DNA of 64,000 bases from Mytilus edulis (GCF_963676685.1 NC_092356.1:67456001-67520000), one strand, 5' to 3'; shown: positions 40,521 to 55,520, counted from the first letter of the stretch. Numbers and translations: made by a program. Notes: generated by a model from the letters alone, not told the origin.

Positions 40521-41834
40521 AACAGCCATTCACATTTATTTGTAACATGCTTTCAAACTAGGCAATAATATTCTGAATACAGAACACAATTAGTTTGCTT
40601 ATACCTCAACGACGACATTTGGGTTATCGGTAGTGTAAAAAGAAAAATCACAAAATATATTGAACTCCGAGGAAAATTTAAAACGGAAAGTTCCTTATCA
40701 AATTACAAAATTAAAAGCTCAAACACATCAAACCAATAGATTTTAACTGTAATATTCCTGACTTGGTACATACATTTTCTTAAGTAGCAAATGGTGGATT
40801 AAGCCTGGTCTTTATTGCTAGCTTAACTCCTTTGTTATATGACAATTGCATCATATTCAATTTTACTGATAACGATGTGTGAACAAAACAAATATACATA
40901 ATAGGTAAAAATGTCAAAAATAGAAAAACAACTGAAATTAACATAAACCAATAACACAATGATGGGATGTAAAAGTACAGAGTCATGTCAAATAAATATC
41001 ACTAAAACAGACTAAACAGTAGAAGTAATATTAATAAATACAAATACAAAAATACTATAACACGTTATTAAGATGATAAACAACGTCAGAACCCAGAATC
41101 TATACTTCAAGACCATCTTTTATTTTTTGTGCAGTTGATACGGAACAAGTACACATAGGAAGATGTGGTATGAGTCCCAATGAGACAACGCTCCATCCCA
41201 GTAACAATTTATACATGTAAACCATTATAGGACAATGTACGGCCTTCAACATGGAGCCTTGGCTCACACCGAACAGCAAGCTATTTAGGGCCCCCCCCAA
41301 AATTACAAGTGTAAAACCATTCAAAGGGGAAAACCAACGGTCTAATATATATAAAAATGAGAAAGAGAAGGGTCTTGGTACCATGCGATAATCATTTTTA
41401 GAAAAAAAAAAGTTTTTTGACATATTAAATGCAACTCATCAGATATTCCAGACTCATCATAGTTTTCGCTAGACCCGTGTCTAAGTATAATTATTTAAAA
41501 AATTAAACAATATTCATGCTTAAGTGTTTGTATCATTATATCATTATGATCGATATACAAGATCGTCACTTTATATTATTGATTATAGAAAGGCTTTAAT
41601 GTTTTTATTCGAACACGGGTCCCTAGAGGAGGTTCACAAAAACTGACATCCAAAGAATAGGTAAGTTGCTAATATTCTGTTTTCAATAAATATGTTATGT
41701 GTTAAAAATTGTTTTACACATCGACGATTCTTCTTACTTAATAACTCGTCATCTGAATTGCGTCTTTATAGATATTGAGTTAATATGAGGATGAATAAAA
41801 TGTAGATTGTAGAGACAAGGCTGTAATTGGCATT

Positions 41835-41922
41835 ATGCTTGTTATTAAATTCATCAATTCTAAACATATTTTTTACTTTCTGTATTGGATATGTTTTATG
41901 CTACAGATAGTCAATACAATAG
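41835..41922 (+). CDS. Gene 3 exon 1: signal peptide
   Basis: MLVIKFINSKHIFYFLYWICFMLQIVNTI+G|gtaagt, 88 nt, phase 1. Confidence 0.85.
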
Positions 41923-44884
41923 GTAAGTCAAATTGAAAAAAGTAAGTGTGTAATTATCTTTATTTAATCTCATATATAGATTGTATCTAAGTATTGGTTT
42001 CATGTACAAATAAATGATATTTTAATCGAAAATTGTTGATACTCATATATAAATTGTATCCAAGTATTGGTTTCATTTACAAATAAATGATACTGTATCT
42101 TTGTAGTCGTAACAGTAATTGTAGGTCACAATTTACCGCGGGATGTTTTAACATTGACCAAAGACATTTTTGGAGATATCAAAAACTAATAATTTAGGCT
42201 CCGACGTTCTTTTGCATTAAACTTGTACCATGAATGATTAAACATATGGAAGCCATCAATGTATAAGTACCATAAGTAAGCTACTAAACAAAAGCTCAGC
42301 TTCATAAGGTTCTATACGATCAAACGGAAACTAAAAGATTAGGGCTTTGTCAAAAGTATTCTTCATTGTCACTTTTTAAATTTATCCACTTTCAGTTTAT
42401 GAATATTTTTTCTATGTACTATTGTGTAGATTTTGGTAAGTGTTTTTTTGCCGTTTGTTGTTCCTTGTCGTGGTATTGTCGGTATATCTCCGACTTTAAA
42501 ATTGAGAAAGGAAATGGGGAATGTGTCAAAGCGACAACACCTCGACCATAGAGCTGACAACAGCCGAAGTCCACCAATAGGTCTTCAATGTAGCGAGAAA
42601 CTCCCGCATCCGTATGCGTCCTTCAGCTGGCCCTTAAAAAATATGTATACTAGAATAGAGATATTGGGCGTAATTCTAAACTCCTAATTATACACAAGAA
42701 ACTAAAATAGAAAATCGTACAAGACTAACAAAGGCCAGAGGCTTCTGACTTGGGACAGGCGCAAAATTGCGGCGGGGTTGAACATGTTTATGAGATCTCA
42801 ACCCTTCCCTTATGATTATTAATTTTCCCGTTGTATATCTTTAAACCCTCTTTTTAATTTTACCTAATAGCATTATAAATCACGGTTTAACAGCATAAAA
42901 CAAGAAGCATTCTAACAAGTTAATGTTATAGTATCTACCTTGCGTAAAGAATTATAACGTAATGTGACTGTTGGACCTCCCGTCCACTAATCATAGAATG
43001 ATCTACCGTTTTGACTAATCTTCGGGTTGGTACTTACAATATCAACACGACGGGTGCCACAAGTGAGGCAGGATTTACAAACCCTACCAGAGCATCTAAT
43101 ATAACACTTGGTTCTGTAATTCATTCTTCTAAAACGTTTTTTTTTATGTTCTGTTGTTTGTCATGTTGTCGTATTTTTTCATATATTTGTCATGGCGTTG
43201 AAGGTAATTTTAGACCTATGATTTTTCGCCTCTAATCATCCCTTCATAAATTCTCCGTTTCACAGATGATATCGGATATGTTCCTTATGTCGTAACTACA
43301 ATACCCTTCCCTTTTCACGAATGTGACCTACCGAATAAGACTATTTTGGTGGGGTTCGTGTTGCTTAGTCTTAAGTTTTCTATGTTGTGTCTTCTGTACT
43401 TTTAATTGTCTGTTTGTCTTTTTCATTTTCAGCCATGGCGTTGTCAGTTTATTTTCTATGAGTTTGGCTCTCGCTCTGGTATCTTTCGTCCCTCTTTTAT
43501 AGAAAAGTGTTCCAAGATGTGTATAGACTGTGAATTATTTTCAGACTTGATGCATTTATAGATTGAACAAAGGCCCGGTGTTTTCATATACACAAACAGT
43601 GGCTACACTTTAAAGCGGGACCGTTACTACACTTATTTATTTTGATCGTACATATTGTATACCATATTTTGAGAAATCCCTTAACAGCTTGTTATTGCAA
43701 TGAGGGATAACGTTTGTCATTAATACATAACAATGATTAATATTAAATCACTAAGAGTATGTTATATCATATATTTTTATTCTGATAAACTTTAGTCAAT
43801 ATAATGGTATACAGATAGTAGAAGTAACATGTAATGAATATCACAGTTATACATTATGATAAAACATACTATGTACATGCACTATTCACAAATAGAAGTT
43901 GAATTTAGCCGAGAGAACACACAATTGACTTATTATACCTTAAAAATGTAAACAACTTTTTAACATATGATTATTTTGTCATATACATAACTTCATTTAA
44001 TTTAATTATATTTTGATAATCCACATACTTCTGTTTTTCTATAGCCATAAATTTACACCTTATTACATAATAGAATTCATCTCTAAGATCTTTTAAGTCA
44101 CATAGTTCGCATATTTTTTTATCACTCTGAATTGATTTCTATCTAACACTTTCTATCAGTAGTCTGTGGTTAATTAGTTTAAATTCTAATATGACCATAA
44201 TGACGACCTATTATCGTCAACCAGTATAATCACACTATACTATATCGACTTTTAACGCAAGCGCAGTAATACACAAAAACGGCTGTTCCGCGTTACGACC
44301 AATTGTTCATACTACCAGATATTCTCAATTTCGACATCAAAACCCCAAGTTTACGTAGGCCGAAATTCAGATACATATATTTATCTCTGTTCTACAGCAA
44401 AATAAACAAATCAGTCCATTTCTATAATTTTTCATGGTAAAATTCCACGAAATGATGTTATTTTAGTTGCATGGCAACGAAACGTGGTGACGTAACAAGT
44501 ATGATTCCGTAAACAAAGCGTAAATGTAAACACTAGGCGTTATGAAGCTCTTAGTACGCGTCAGAACGAATAAAATTACATTGGAAGACGATATATAAGT
44601 TAAAAATGCGATTTGAAATAAAAATAATCATTGAATTATATAATATTACTAATATTATCAAAATTGGGTAAAACGGAACAGCCAAAACAGTATCGTATGT
44701 AGAGGGCTTTCACGGTTAACAAAATTACCGTATTTGTTCTATTAGAATCGAAATAATTCATGGCAGTCTGAGATTTGTTTTCATTTAACCATGGGTTGGA
44801 CATCTATATACGTATTTTACCCCCCCCCCCCCCCCTCTTGCTAACGCTCAGGTTAAAATAATCGAATATAAATGCTCGAGGCGT

Positions 44885-46440
44885 ACTACCAAACTTTAAA
44901 ACATGAAATGATGATAGTAATAATTGATATGAATGGAAAGATAGAATAAGAGAGTATTGGATATTATGTGATTATAAATAAGAATTTTTAAGAACTACTG
45001 TCCGACTTTTAACTTGTTATTGAGTATAGCAAATATATAATTGATTTAATGAAGCGATAGAATTATCATGATAATAGAATGATGGATATTAGGATGAGAT
45101 GGGAATAGTGGGATTGACATTATCGATAGAATTATTTTGAACTATATCGTCACCAAAAAGAAACATTCAAAAACAGATTGCTCACATTCAGACATATCAG
45201 AGAATCAACAGACGTACATACTAGAATCAACAGACATGCATACTAGAATCAACAGACATATATACTAGTATCAAAACGACAAAAGTAACTTTCGATAGGA
45301 AACAAAACATATTGATTTTATGACTTTTAAACAGCTGTATACTACTATTGCCTTTATTGATATCCAACCACTACAACCACGTGCATTTAAAAAAAGTTCC
45401 TGACTGAAGACAGGTACAAAAAAATATTTTGGGTTTAACAGAAACTAACTTTCACTTTATCCTGAAATAGTAGTGAAACATAACACAATGGACAGGCAAC
45501 ATTTAAAATATCAATTGAAATAGCGTTACACATTCAAAAGTAATATTAACAGAAGCAAGTTAATTTACAGCGAACAAATAGAATTGATTTGTAAACACAA
45601 AATAAATAATAAAAAAAGGGATGAGCTGTTAAACAAAACTAGAAAGACAACTACGACCTTGAACACATTGTCAATAAATGAAATAACGTAAACAGTTAAA
45701 TACATATAATTTGGAAGTAAGGATAACATGGAGTACGAAAAAAGTTTTTACAGAATAAATTAATTAGCAGTTCATAGTAAAAGATCAGAAGTGAAAATGT
45801 ATCGTCATAGTGAACAGGCAAGTCAGTAAAAAATTAAATAACAAAAATCCTGGACACAGACAAATAGAATTTAGAGTAATTTTAAGTATATTCAATGCCA
45901 ACTTCACATAAGTAATGGAATGGCAGCCGATCAATAAAATTTTATTTCAGATATAAAAATTTGACAATAATAAACTGTTATGCACTAACATATGAAGCTT
46001 AGTGGAAAGTTAAAGAGACGTTTTACCAAACTTTGAAACATAAAATGATGATGGTAATTAGTGATATGAATGGAAAAATAGGATTAGAGAATATTGGATA
46101 TTTAGATGTAATGGCATCGATGTGACATAATAAATAAGAATTATTTAGAACTGCTGTCATACTAATAACTTTTCCATTATTTATAGCATGTTGTCAACCA
46201 AAAAAATATCAGTGAGTAAATGAAAAGATAGAATTAAAAAATGATGGATATTAAGATGTGATGGGGAAAGTTTGAATGACATTATAAAAAATAAATCATT
46301 TAGAACTTCATCTCTACCAAAACAAATACATCCAAAACCAGATTATCGCTTTCAGACATAAAAATTATAAAACGACAAAAGTATATTTTTATAGGAATCT
46401 AAACATCGATAAACTCCTATTGCCTTTATTGACATTCTGT
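44885..46440 (+). repeat. Diverged direct duplication of about 350-400 bp (about 44885-45360 and 46020-46440) in gene 3 intron 1
   Basis: TACCAAACTTT.AAACAT.AAATGATGAT.GTAAT...GATATGAATGGAAA and later collinear blocks occur twice. Confidence 0.7.
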
Positions 46441-47555
46441 AACTACAGTGTATACAATTTGATAGATAATAACTGTTTAGTGTCTTTAAATACCAGAGGA
46501 TTTGTCTGAAGCTCAGAATCAGATTTAACGCGATTTTCAATGAGCTATTACTCGTATTTCGAGCCGATTGTTTAAATCAATATAAGAATACGTGGTATCA
46601 GTGCCAAAGAGATAATTATAATTCTCCATTTAATTTACAGTCTGTAAAAGTAAATCATTATAGGTCAAAGTGCGGACTTCAACACGTAGCCCTTATCTAC
46701 ATGATCTATGAAAAAAAAGTACGTGCACATAAAAAATAGGTTCTTGACTTCAGACAGGTGCCGTTTGAATGGATTAACACTAGTAATTTTGGGGCCCTTT
46801 ATAGATTATTGTGAAGATGTGAGCCAAGGCTTCGTGTTGAAGGCCGTACATTGACCTATAATGTTTACTTTTATAAATTGTTATTTGGATGGAGAGCTGT
46901 TTCATTGGCACTCACACCAAATGTTCCTTTATCTATAATAAAGTATTGAGATTATTTTTCTTTGAACAAGAAACCCTAATTTTAAAAATATGTTTTGTTT
47001 TTTCATGAACAATTATATTTTAGCAACTTTGTAATTAAAGTGTATTCAATAAGTTTCAATAATGAACGAATAATTGTTATGAAAACAAAGTGTAAAGTGG
47101 CCTGGTACTTATATTGGCGTCATTGAGCCAAGAAATATATCCTTTGCATGATTAATACTACTTAAACTTTTTAATTTCAAATCTTATGTACAATTTCTTA
47201 AACTTAAAATGATTATATGTAATAAAAAATAAAAAAAAATGTCAGTATCTTTCTCATATCTATTCAAATAATCTTCAACGAATTATGTTTGACTTTTTAT
47301 CCTTTTCATCCTTTTTATCCTATCTAATTTGTGACGTTATGTCCTGTGACGTTTTAATATGTGACTTTCTGTCCGTTTGATATAATAAACACAGAGGTGG
47401 TATATATATATATATAAGTACGTCTAAGTCAGTGACAACACTACAACAGATTTATTCATCGGATCACCAGCAATGTTGATGTTTAGACGAGTTGTATATA
47501 TATGATAAATGAGGGTACTTTTTATATGGCTTCCAATATCGTTTCAATCCCTAAC

Positions 47556-47595
47556 ATCACTGACGAGACATTTATTGTCGAAATCCGGATCTGGT
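47556..47595 (+). ncRNA. Solitary minimal type I hammerhead ribozyme motif
   Basis: ATCA-CTGACGA-GACA tttat TGTC-GAAA-T CCGG ATC^TGGT. Intact core, palindromic helix III, stem I only 4 bp. Confidence 0.65.
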
Positions 47596-47680
47596 TTACT
47601 ATAATAATATTGACACCTTATGTTTGTGGCATAACATCGTGGCCACAAGTAAATTTTTTTCTGTTTAGTATTAAATTTGT

Positions 47681-47940
47681 ATTAAGATCCATTTTGTTAC
47701 ATCTTGTGATCAATTTTATTTAGCAATCGCCAATGGCAGTCAGTAGGGTTAAAGAACATCAGAAGGGTCTAAAAACAGCACTAACAACATTTTCCAAAAG
47801 GCCAAAAAAGTGAAAAAGTATATTTAAACAAAACGCATTTGACTAACATGTCGAACAACTGATGTTATTTAACCCTGCTGACTGCCTTTGGCGATTGCGA
47901 AATAAAATTGATCACAAGATGTAACAAAATGGATCTTAAT
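47681..47940. mobile_element. MITE with TIRs of about 80 bp
   Basis: ATTAAGATCCATTTTGTTACATCTTGTGATCAATTTTATTT... is mirrored at 47860-47940 and followed by (TA)n. Confidence 0.85.
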
Positions 47941-48599
47941 ATATATATATAATGTACGTTTGAGTCAGTGACAACTCTACAACAGATTATATATATACTA
48001 AATAAGTAAACTTTAAATAACAATAATGCACCTTGTTTTGTTGTCATTGCATACCTGAGCTATTATATACAAAATATAGCTTGAAAAATTGCCACGATAA
48101 ATTGATATCAAATTGTAATATGCGTACTATATGTGTAACAAGTTCCTAAACTACTATCAAAGGAACTAATTGATATTTTTTGTAATAACAGATTTGAAAA
48201 CCGTGGAATTAACCATTTTTGCAGCGTAAAACAATTCTTTTGAGGGTTTAGATAGGTGACATGAATCAGAAATAAACACATCAATTCTAAAATCAGATTT
48301 TTGCAAGATACGGGTTATGCCCTCATATATTTTATTATGGTATAGTTGATACTTAACCCCAAAATGGGTTGATTGTGTTTGATTTTCATTTGATGAAGAA
48401 ATAACAATAAGTTTAGTTGAGATCTGGAGCTTGCATGTCAATAAAAAATAAGATAACAAAAATACCGAACTCAAAGGAACATTCCAAACGGAAAATTCGT
48501 TAGCATATTGCAAAACCAAAAACCTCAAACAGGATAACAACTGTCATAATCCTGACTGACTTGATACATGCATTTTTCTATACAAAAAATGGTTGATGA

Positions 48600-50025
48600 A
48601 ATCTGGCGTCACGACCATCGTGTATTATTTGTGAAGTTGATACGGAATATTTATCAACAAGGTCTTGGTACTTTTCGATGAACTTTTTTAGAAAAAGGAC
48701 GAGACGTTTTTTGACATACCCCTGGTTCATCAACTTTCTACTCAGACACTGATGACGTTTTAAAAAATCTGTGAAGGAGCTGCAAGCTCTTGAATATTGA
48801 ATAAGTTGGGAATATATATATTCCATATGCAGGTGAAGTTGGTATATTGCTACTAACTTGGGGAAAATTTATAATTTCAAAATTAAAATCGTCTCGTTTG
48901 TCATAGATTCTGGTACTGAGATGACTGTGTAAGTAAATTTCTTCGAGATATAAGTCTAAACATGAGCCGTGTCTGTTGTTTCTTTAATTTCTAGTTCTGG
49001 GGGATATATTAATGGAACCCAATCAGAAAAGTTCGGATTGTTTATGGAAAGAACCTCATCAATATATATGAAAGTGAAATTAAATAATCTGGCTTTTTTG
49101 ACCACTTGTTTTTGACAAGTGTCTGGAGGAACTCCGATGCATATGAAAATAAAAAGAGGTCGGCAAGAAGAGGCGCACAGTGTGTTCCCATAGGAATGCC
49201 GACAATTTGCTGGAAACGTCTACCCCCAAACTCAACAAATATGTTGTCGATAAGAAACTCCAGCATACTGACCACTTGTTTTTCTGTGTACAAATGTAGC
49301 ATGTTTTACCTTTTTGTTTGTCACTATAAACGAAACATGCCTTATGAAATCCCAAAATAATAAATTTATAGCGTATGCTACAATTTTTATGTTGAAAGGC
49401 ATTGTGGATTATTTCTTTAGGGCAATTTTTCAATTTCAAATGGGGAATGGTGGTATACAGGGTTGAAAAATTCAAAAGTTTTGATAGAACTTATTTTAGA
49501 AAAAGACCAAGACTTAAAATTGTCTAAAAGTTTTGTAGAATTTTTAAGAATCCTCATATGGTTAATACCACTACGCGAGTAAACAGTTTCACAGTATTTC
49601 TGAAGACCCTCTTTCACTGCTGACAGAATTTTTGTCAATCTAATGGACAATTCTTTAGTGGAACATGAAGATGAGCCAGTAATAATACTAATATACCGTT
49701 GTTTGTACGGAATTTTATGAAGCTTTGGTATCCAATACAAACAAGGTAAGTCCTCCGATTTGGTGTTCAATGTAATGTTTATTGAACTCATGAAGGACTT
49801 ATGATTTTCTAAAATCTCATCTTTGTCAAATGATATGTCTTTGTATGTGGGATTACCTAAGTGCTCCTTTATACCCAATTATTTTACAAGACATTCGTAT
49901 TAATACGATTTACATACAAAGATAATATTATTTGAAGCTTTGTCCGCATGAACAACAACATACTTCTCATGAAGAGATGATATACATTTTATGGCCTCTT
50001 TGTCTCTGAAAACGGACTTTGATCG
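48600..50025 (-). mobile_element. Penelope-like element copy (same family as 19900-29020), truncated and frameshifted
   Basis: ORFs 49417-49878, 49080-49475, 49042-49302 and 48578-48826 match the plus-strand copy closely. Confidence 0.9.
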
Positions 50026-51494
50026 AAACAGCCAGAGAAAATCATGACCTTGTGCAATGCCAAGTTACAGGTATCGACAGATTGTAGATCCACGAATTTG
50101 TATATGTATATAACATACTAGTAATATTTTGCTTTTAATTTACTGATTACAAAATCAATATTTATACCAATATAACAATATTCAATGATCTTATTACAGT
50201 GTTGAATAGGTAACATTTTAGATCAAGTTTATTTAAAGGAGCGACAAGTTTACATGGATCATTTCTAAATTTCCGGGCACGGTTAACAATATTTCCGTAA
50301 AAATGAGAATGTGCTATCCCGTTTCAAATAAGTTTTCTACAGGTACAACCAAACTTCAAAACCAAATCTTAATGTTTGTTTACGAGCCAGCTGAAGCTTG
50401 CATTTAGGTTTCGGGATTTTGTCGCATTTGTTGGCTGCTGCTATATTCTGCTCTTTGACCGATTTGTTGTCTCTTTGAGACATTTCCCATTTCCATTCTC
50501 AATTTATTTTGATGGTCCTTTTATGTTGGTTGAACGTTTTGATTTTTTCAAACGTTAATACTAAACATCCTTAAAATATAACTAAAGTTTTCCTATCTAA
50601 GTCAATGATCGTTATATAAATCTTAAAAATTTATTTGCTAAAACTCATAAATGATTTTTTTTCTCTATGAGAAAGGGAAATATGCTAGATTAACTTTGTG
50701 ATGAAAGGATTAAAACACTATTTTTGTTCTTTAAAACAAAATTTATATACGTTTTGGACAATAAAGTTTATTTGTTAATAAGCACGAACTCTCTTACAAT
50801 GCTGACGAAATTTACCAAAAGGAAATTACTATAAATAAATTTATATGAACAGCAATAACTGCACATTATAAGAAGATAATGTTTTTCTTTGAATGTTAAT
50901 GACGCTTTTCATTAAATCTTTTGAATCGTGGATGTGAACTGATAAATATGAAACTCTTAAATAAATGGTTTGTTTCATAAGTTGTAATTGCCCCTGGACC
51001 TAGCTGTCAGTAACTGCGCGAGTACTCCCAAATCTGTACCGAATGTCTATTCGTTTTGAGGATATTTAAGTACCTGTGTACGTCCACATTGTGTTTATGC
51101 TAGTTATATTTCTATGTGTATTCAACTGATCAGTTTAGCCTTTTTCTACTGTTTGTTTCTATAGTTTGTTGTTATGTCAAACTGTTACACCGCCCAGATT
51201 AGGATGGGTTGGGCAATCAAAAACATTTGTAAGAGCATGTAGTCCAGTGGCTGTCGTCGTTGATTCAGATCGGTTATATTTGTTTTTCATAAATTGAGGT
51301 CATAATCTTTCTCAATATAATTGCTTCATAGTTTACATGTGGAGGCTTTCTGTTGCCGATCATAAGACATTAGTTTTTGTCACTGTTGAAGGCCGTCCGG
51401 TTTCCTAATAATTGCTTTATTTGAATTTGTTGGAAAATTGTCATATTGGCAATCATACCAAATGTCCTCATTTTTTTTTATAATTTCTTTCCAT

Positions 51495-52845
51495 AAACAA
51501 TCAGAACTTTTCTGATTGAGTTTCATTAATATATCCCCCAGAACTAGAAATTAAAGAAACAACAGACACGGTTTTCATCGCCTCATTTTAAGACTTATAT
51601 CTCGAATTTGACTTACACAGTCATCTCAGTACCAGAATCTATGACACACGAGACGATTTTAATTTTGAAAATTATAAACTTCCCCCACCTTAGTAGCAAT
51701 CTACCAACTTCACCTGCATATGGGATATATATTTCCCAACTTGTTCAATATTCATGAGTTTGCAGTTCCTACTCAGACTTTGTGAAACGTCATCAGTGTC
51801 TGAGTAGAAAGTTGATGAACCAGGGGAATGTCAAAAAACGTCTCGTCCTTTTTCTAAAAAAAATTCGTCGGAAGGTACCAATACCTTGTTGGTAAATATT
51901 CCGTATCAACTGCACACATAATACATGATGGTCTTGATGTGTAGATTCTGCGTACTGATGTTGTTTATCATCTTAACAACGTATTATATTGTTCTTTCAT
52001 TTGTCTTTTTTCTATTATTAATATTACTGTTACTGTTGGATTGTTTTACGTGATATCTGTTTAACGTGGCTCGGTACTTAATGTGTTTGTATCATCTTTC
52101 ATTTTTTGCTGGTGTGCTTTTTATATGCGACTTTTTGTGTTTCTTTGGTTCTTATAACGTGACTCTGTACTTTAAAAGATCCCGTCAATATGTTATTGTA
52201 CTATAATATATCATTATGATGTATTTCTATTATGAATAAGGAAATACGTTGAACCACATACGTCAAAATTATGCAATCGCGAAGTGGAATGAACTATTTG
52301 TGGATTCTTATAAATTCGATATAACTTTATTTTGGACTATTTCAAATCTCGGTCTACTTCTGAAATTATTTCATACATACTTTCATTTTTAATCCTATAT
52401 GCTAGCATTGCCCATGATTTTTGTTTTTAAATTGTTTGTGTATAACGTATTTTCGTGACGTATTTTCTGACGTAAGACACGCAAATCAATGAATGTGTTT
52501 GTAGATAAAGATGTTTTTTTTGTGTTCTGTTATTTTGTTCCTTTTAAAATTGTAACACGATGGTGACTGCTGTACCCATATTTTGAATATTTTATTTATA
52601 TTGTCTGTTTAGTTCACGCATCATTGTGAATATAACGGAATTTGACGAGACTGTCATCAAAGTGATAGTTTTAGCGCTTTAAAACCAGGTTTAATCCACC
52701 ATTTTCTACAGTTGAAAATGTCTGTACCAAATCAGGAATATGACAGTTCTTGTCCAATCGTTTTTTATATGTTTTGTTAATTTATTTTTGCCATGTGATT
52801 ATGAACTTTCCGATTAGAGTTCAGTATTTTTGTGATTTTACCTTT
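51495..52845 (+). mobile_element. 3' fragment of the same Penelope-like family with its 3' non-coding tail
   Basis: YPPELEIKETTDT, RDDFNF and a 3' region similar to 27570-29020. Confidence 0.8.
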
Positions 52846-52983
52846 TATGAAACAGTTGACATTTAATGTCATTTTGGGCAACTGTAGTCCCTACTCTTTA
52901 GGACTACCACTTACTTAACTGTATTTTGATATTGCATGTCGGACTTATAGATAAGGTTTTTCATTCGGAATATTTTTTTCCAG

Positions 52984-53120
52984 AAGTTAAATACCTTGGT
53001 TGCTACGTTGATGACTCAAGCCGGATGTTAGATGAAGGCCATGGTATTGTTCTTTTTGGTCAAATGACACTTGAAAAGTGCAAAGGCTTATGCATTAATC
53101 ACCGGTACCTAGGATTACAA
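52984..53120 (+). CDS. Gene 3 exon 2: WSC domain N-terminal half
   Basis: tttttttccag|(E)VKYLGCYVDDSSRMLDEGHGIVLFGQMTLEKCKGLCINHRYLGLQ|gtaagt. Confidence 0.93.
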
Positions 53121-54370
53121 GTAAGTGGTAACCAATGAAACATGTGGAGCAGGATCTGATTACCCTTCCGGAGCACATGAGATAACCTCTAGTTTTTGGT
53201 GAGGTTCGTGTGTGCTATTGTTTGTCTGTTTGTCTTTTTAATTTTTAGCCACGGCGTTTTATATTATTTTTTTGATTTATGAGTTTGACTGTCCCTGTGG
53301 TATCTTTCGTCCCTTTTTTTTGGGAGACATGCATCACCTGTTTCGTTTGGGATTATGGTTTAAACCACTTTTTTCTTTTTTTTTGTGCACAATTGATAAT
53401 TTAACATTATTTAACATTTAATCTGATTTAACTCGACTAATGTGTGACTGAGATGCACAATTTATTATCGTTCATCTGATTGTACCTTACTATGACTGGT
53501 GATTAATGTTGATGTATAAAAGAGGGACGAAAGATACCAGAGAGACAGTCAAATCAAAGATAAAGATTGAAAACAAACTGATAACGCCATGGCTAAAAAG
53601 AAAAAGACAAACAGACAAATAAAAATCCAGAAGACAAAACATAGAAAAACCCATCAAAACTGGGGATGATCTCAGGTGCTCCGGAAGGGTAAGCAGATTC
53701 TGCTCCACATGTGGCAAGCATCGTGTTGCTATGTTATTACAAATCCGGTAAAAAGTATAACTCGGTAGGTCACAATAGTTAAAAGGGAAGGGTATTGTGG
53801 TTACGTTCTTGTAGGAGAACTATTAATGATAGCTCTATGTGATTGTATAGTCATTGTTTTATGTATATAAGAATATAAAAAAGGGAATTTTGTTGATATG
53901 TATAATATCTAGAAGGGGCTAGCGAGAAAAGAAATTTGCTATCTGGGGAAAAACAATGCGAATGCTGTTTACATTTTTAAATTTAAGCTCAAGTCTGATA
54001 TCAAAAATCTTAAACACGATAATCTGTGACCATTATAAGCAGACCAGTCCTCTGGTCTGGTCAATTGCAGACTTGTCCACAGGTTATCTTGCTTGTCTGC
54101 TAAAAAATTCTCAAGTAAACTTAGAAAGTGGTCAACAAGTCTGCTCCAAGTTAAGTTTTGTCAAGGTTAGGACCGCACCCATTTCTAAGGAACATATCCG
54201 ATATAATCTGCGAAACGGTTATTCCATATTTCATAATATAAATGTTGAATAAAAGATATGTACAAAAGATTCCTGCTGCTGTTATTTAAATTTTGGTGTT
54301 CGTAAATAACTGGACAACTTTTTCCGATTGTTGCGGACTTCTTTGCAAGCGAGTGTATTTGACATCTCAT

Positions 54371-55520
54371 ATGGCAAGCTGTTATCGTCAAAACTATTTT
54401 AAAACATTTATCGAAAATTTTACACAATGAGAATTTAAAAAAAAACCACACTGAGATTAAAAAACTTTAAAACACTCACTGATAATAGGAAATTACACAC
54501 TGAGATTTCGTAAAGACGCACTGAGATTACGAAAAGAAAAACACACACTGAGAATTGAAAATTACAATTTGAGATTACAAAAAGACACACTGAGATGAAA
54601 TAAACTGAAAAACACACACTGAGAATTTGAAATTAAACACTGAGAATTTTAAATTACACACTGAGATTTCTGCGCATTTTATATGGGCACATATCTAATT
54701 AGCATACGTAATCTTAATCTATTACAAGCTTACAACAACTAGGGGAAAGAATTCGGAAGTCCTTTAATCTGGCGCCAAATGTTTGATAAAATACATTAGA
54801 AATACAACGTAAAAGACCGATAGAACAAGACAAATACCCACTTACTCACATTACAAAATATAACCAGAGACATGTATTAAAATGTCTCTGATACAATCAA
54901 ATGGTGAAAAACTTTATCAAAATTATACAAAACATTGGAACGATCTACAAAAAGACCAACAATGCAATGACATGTTTGACCAAGTGTCTATTATAGCATA
55001 TAAACGTTACAAAAATATAAAAGATAACTCTGCGAAATCAGGGGAACAGTTGAAAAACTTTTGAAAAAAGACCTTTGCTTAAACAGTTTTCAGCAAACAA
55101 TCCCGATACAGCGTTAGCAATAATATTAATCTGAATTATATAGACAACAAACTTATGACTATAAGTTAGCAAAAAACGATGTTAATATGTATGAGACGAT
55201 ATGGTATGAAATTTATTATGAATTTTGGTTGAAGGAACCGCATTATTATAATGACAAGAGTTCTAGAGACCAAGATATTAATCTGTTGAATTATTCATCT
55301 CATGAATATTCATTTGTAATTTGCATATTAATCTTAATGTGTATAATTACCATTTCTCAGTGTGTGTTTTTCATTTTTTTTAAATCTCAGTGTGTAATTT
55401 TAAAATCTCAGTGTGTAATTTCGATTTCTCAGTGTGTTATTTTAGGGTTTTAAATCTCAGTGTGTATTTTTTTTTCGAAAAAAGGGTTTAAACATAGTTT
55501 TGACGAGAACGGCTTGCCAC
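54371..55520. mobile_element. Foldback/MITE-like element with long TIRs made of ACACTGAGA subrepeats
   Basis: TGGCAAGCTGTTATCGTCAAAACTAT / ATAGTTTTGACGAGAACGGCTTGCCA, approximate 8-bp TSD catctcat/aatctaat, empty site in the paralogous intron at about 37455-37490. Confidence 0.8.
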
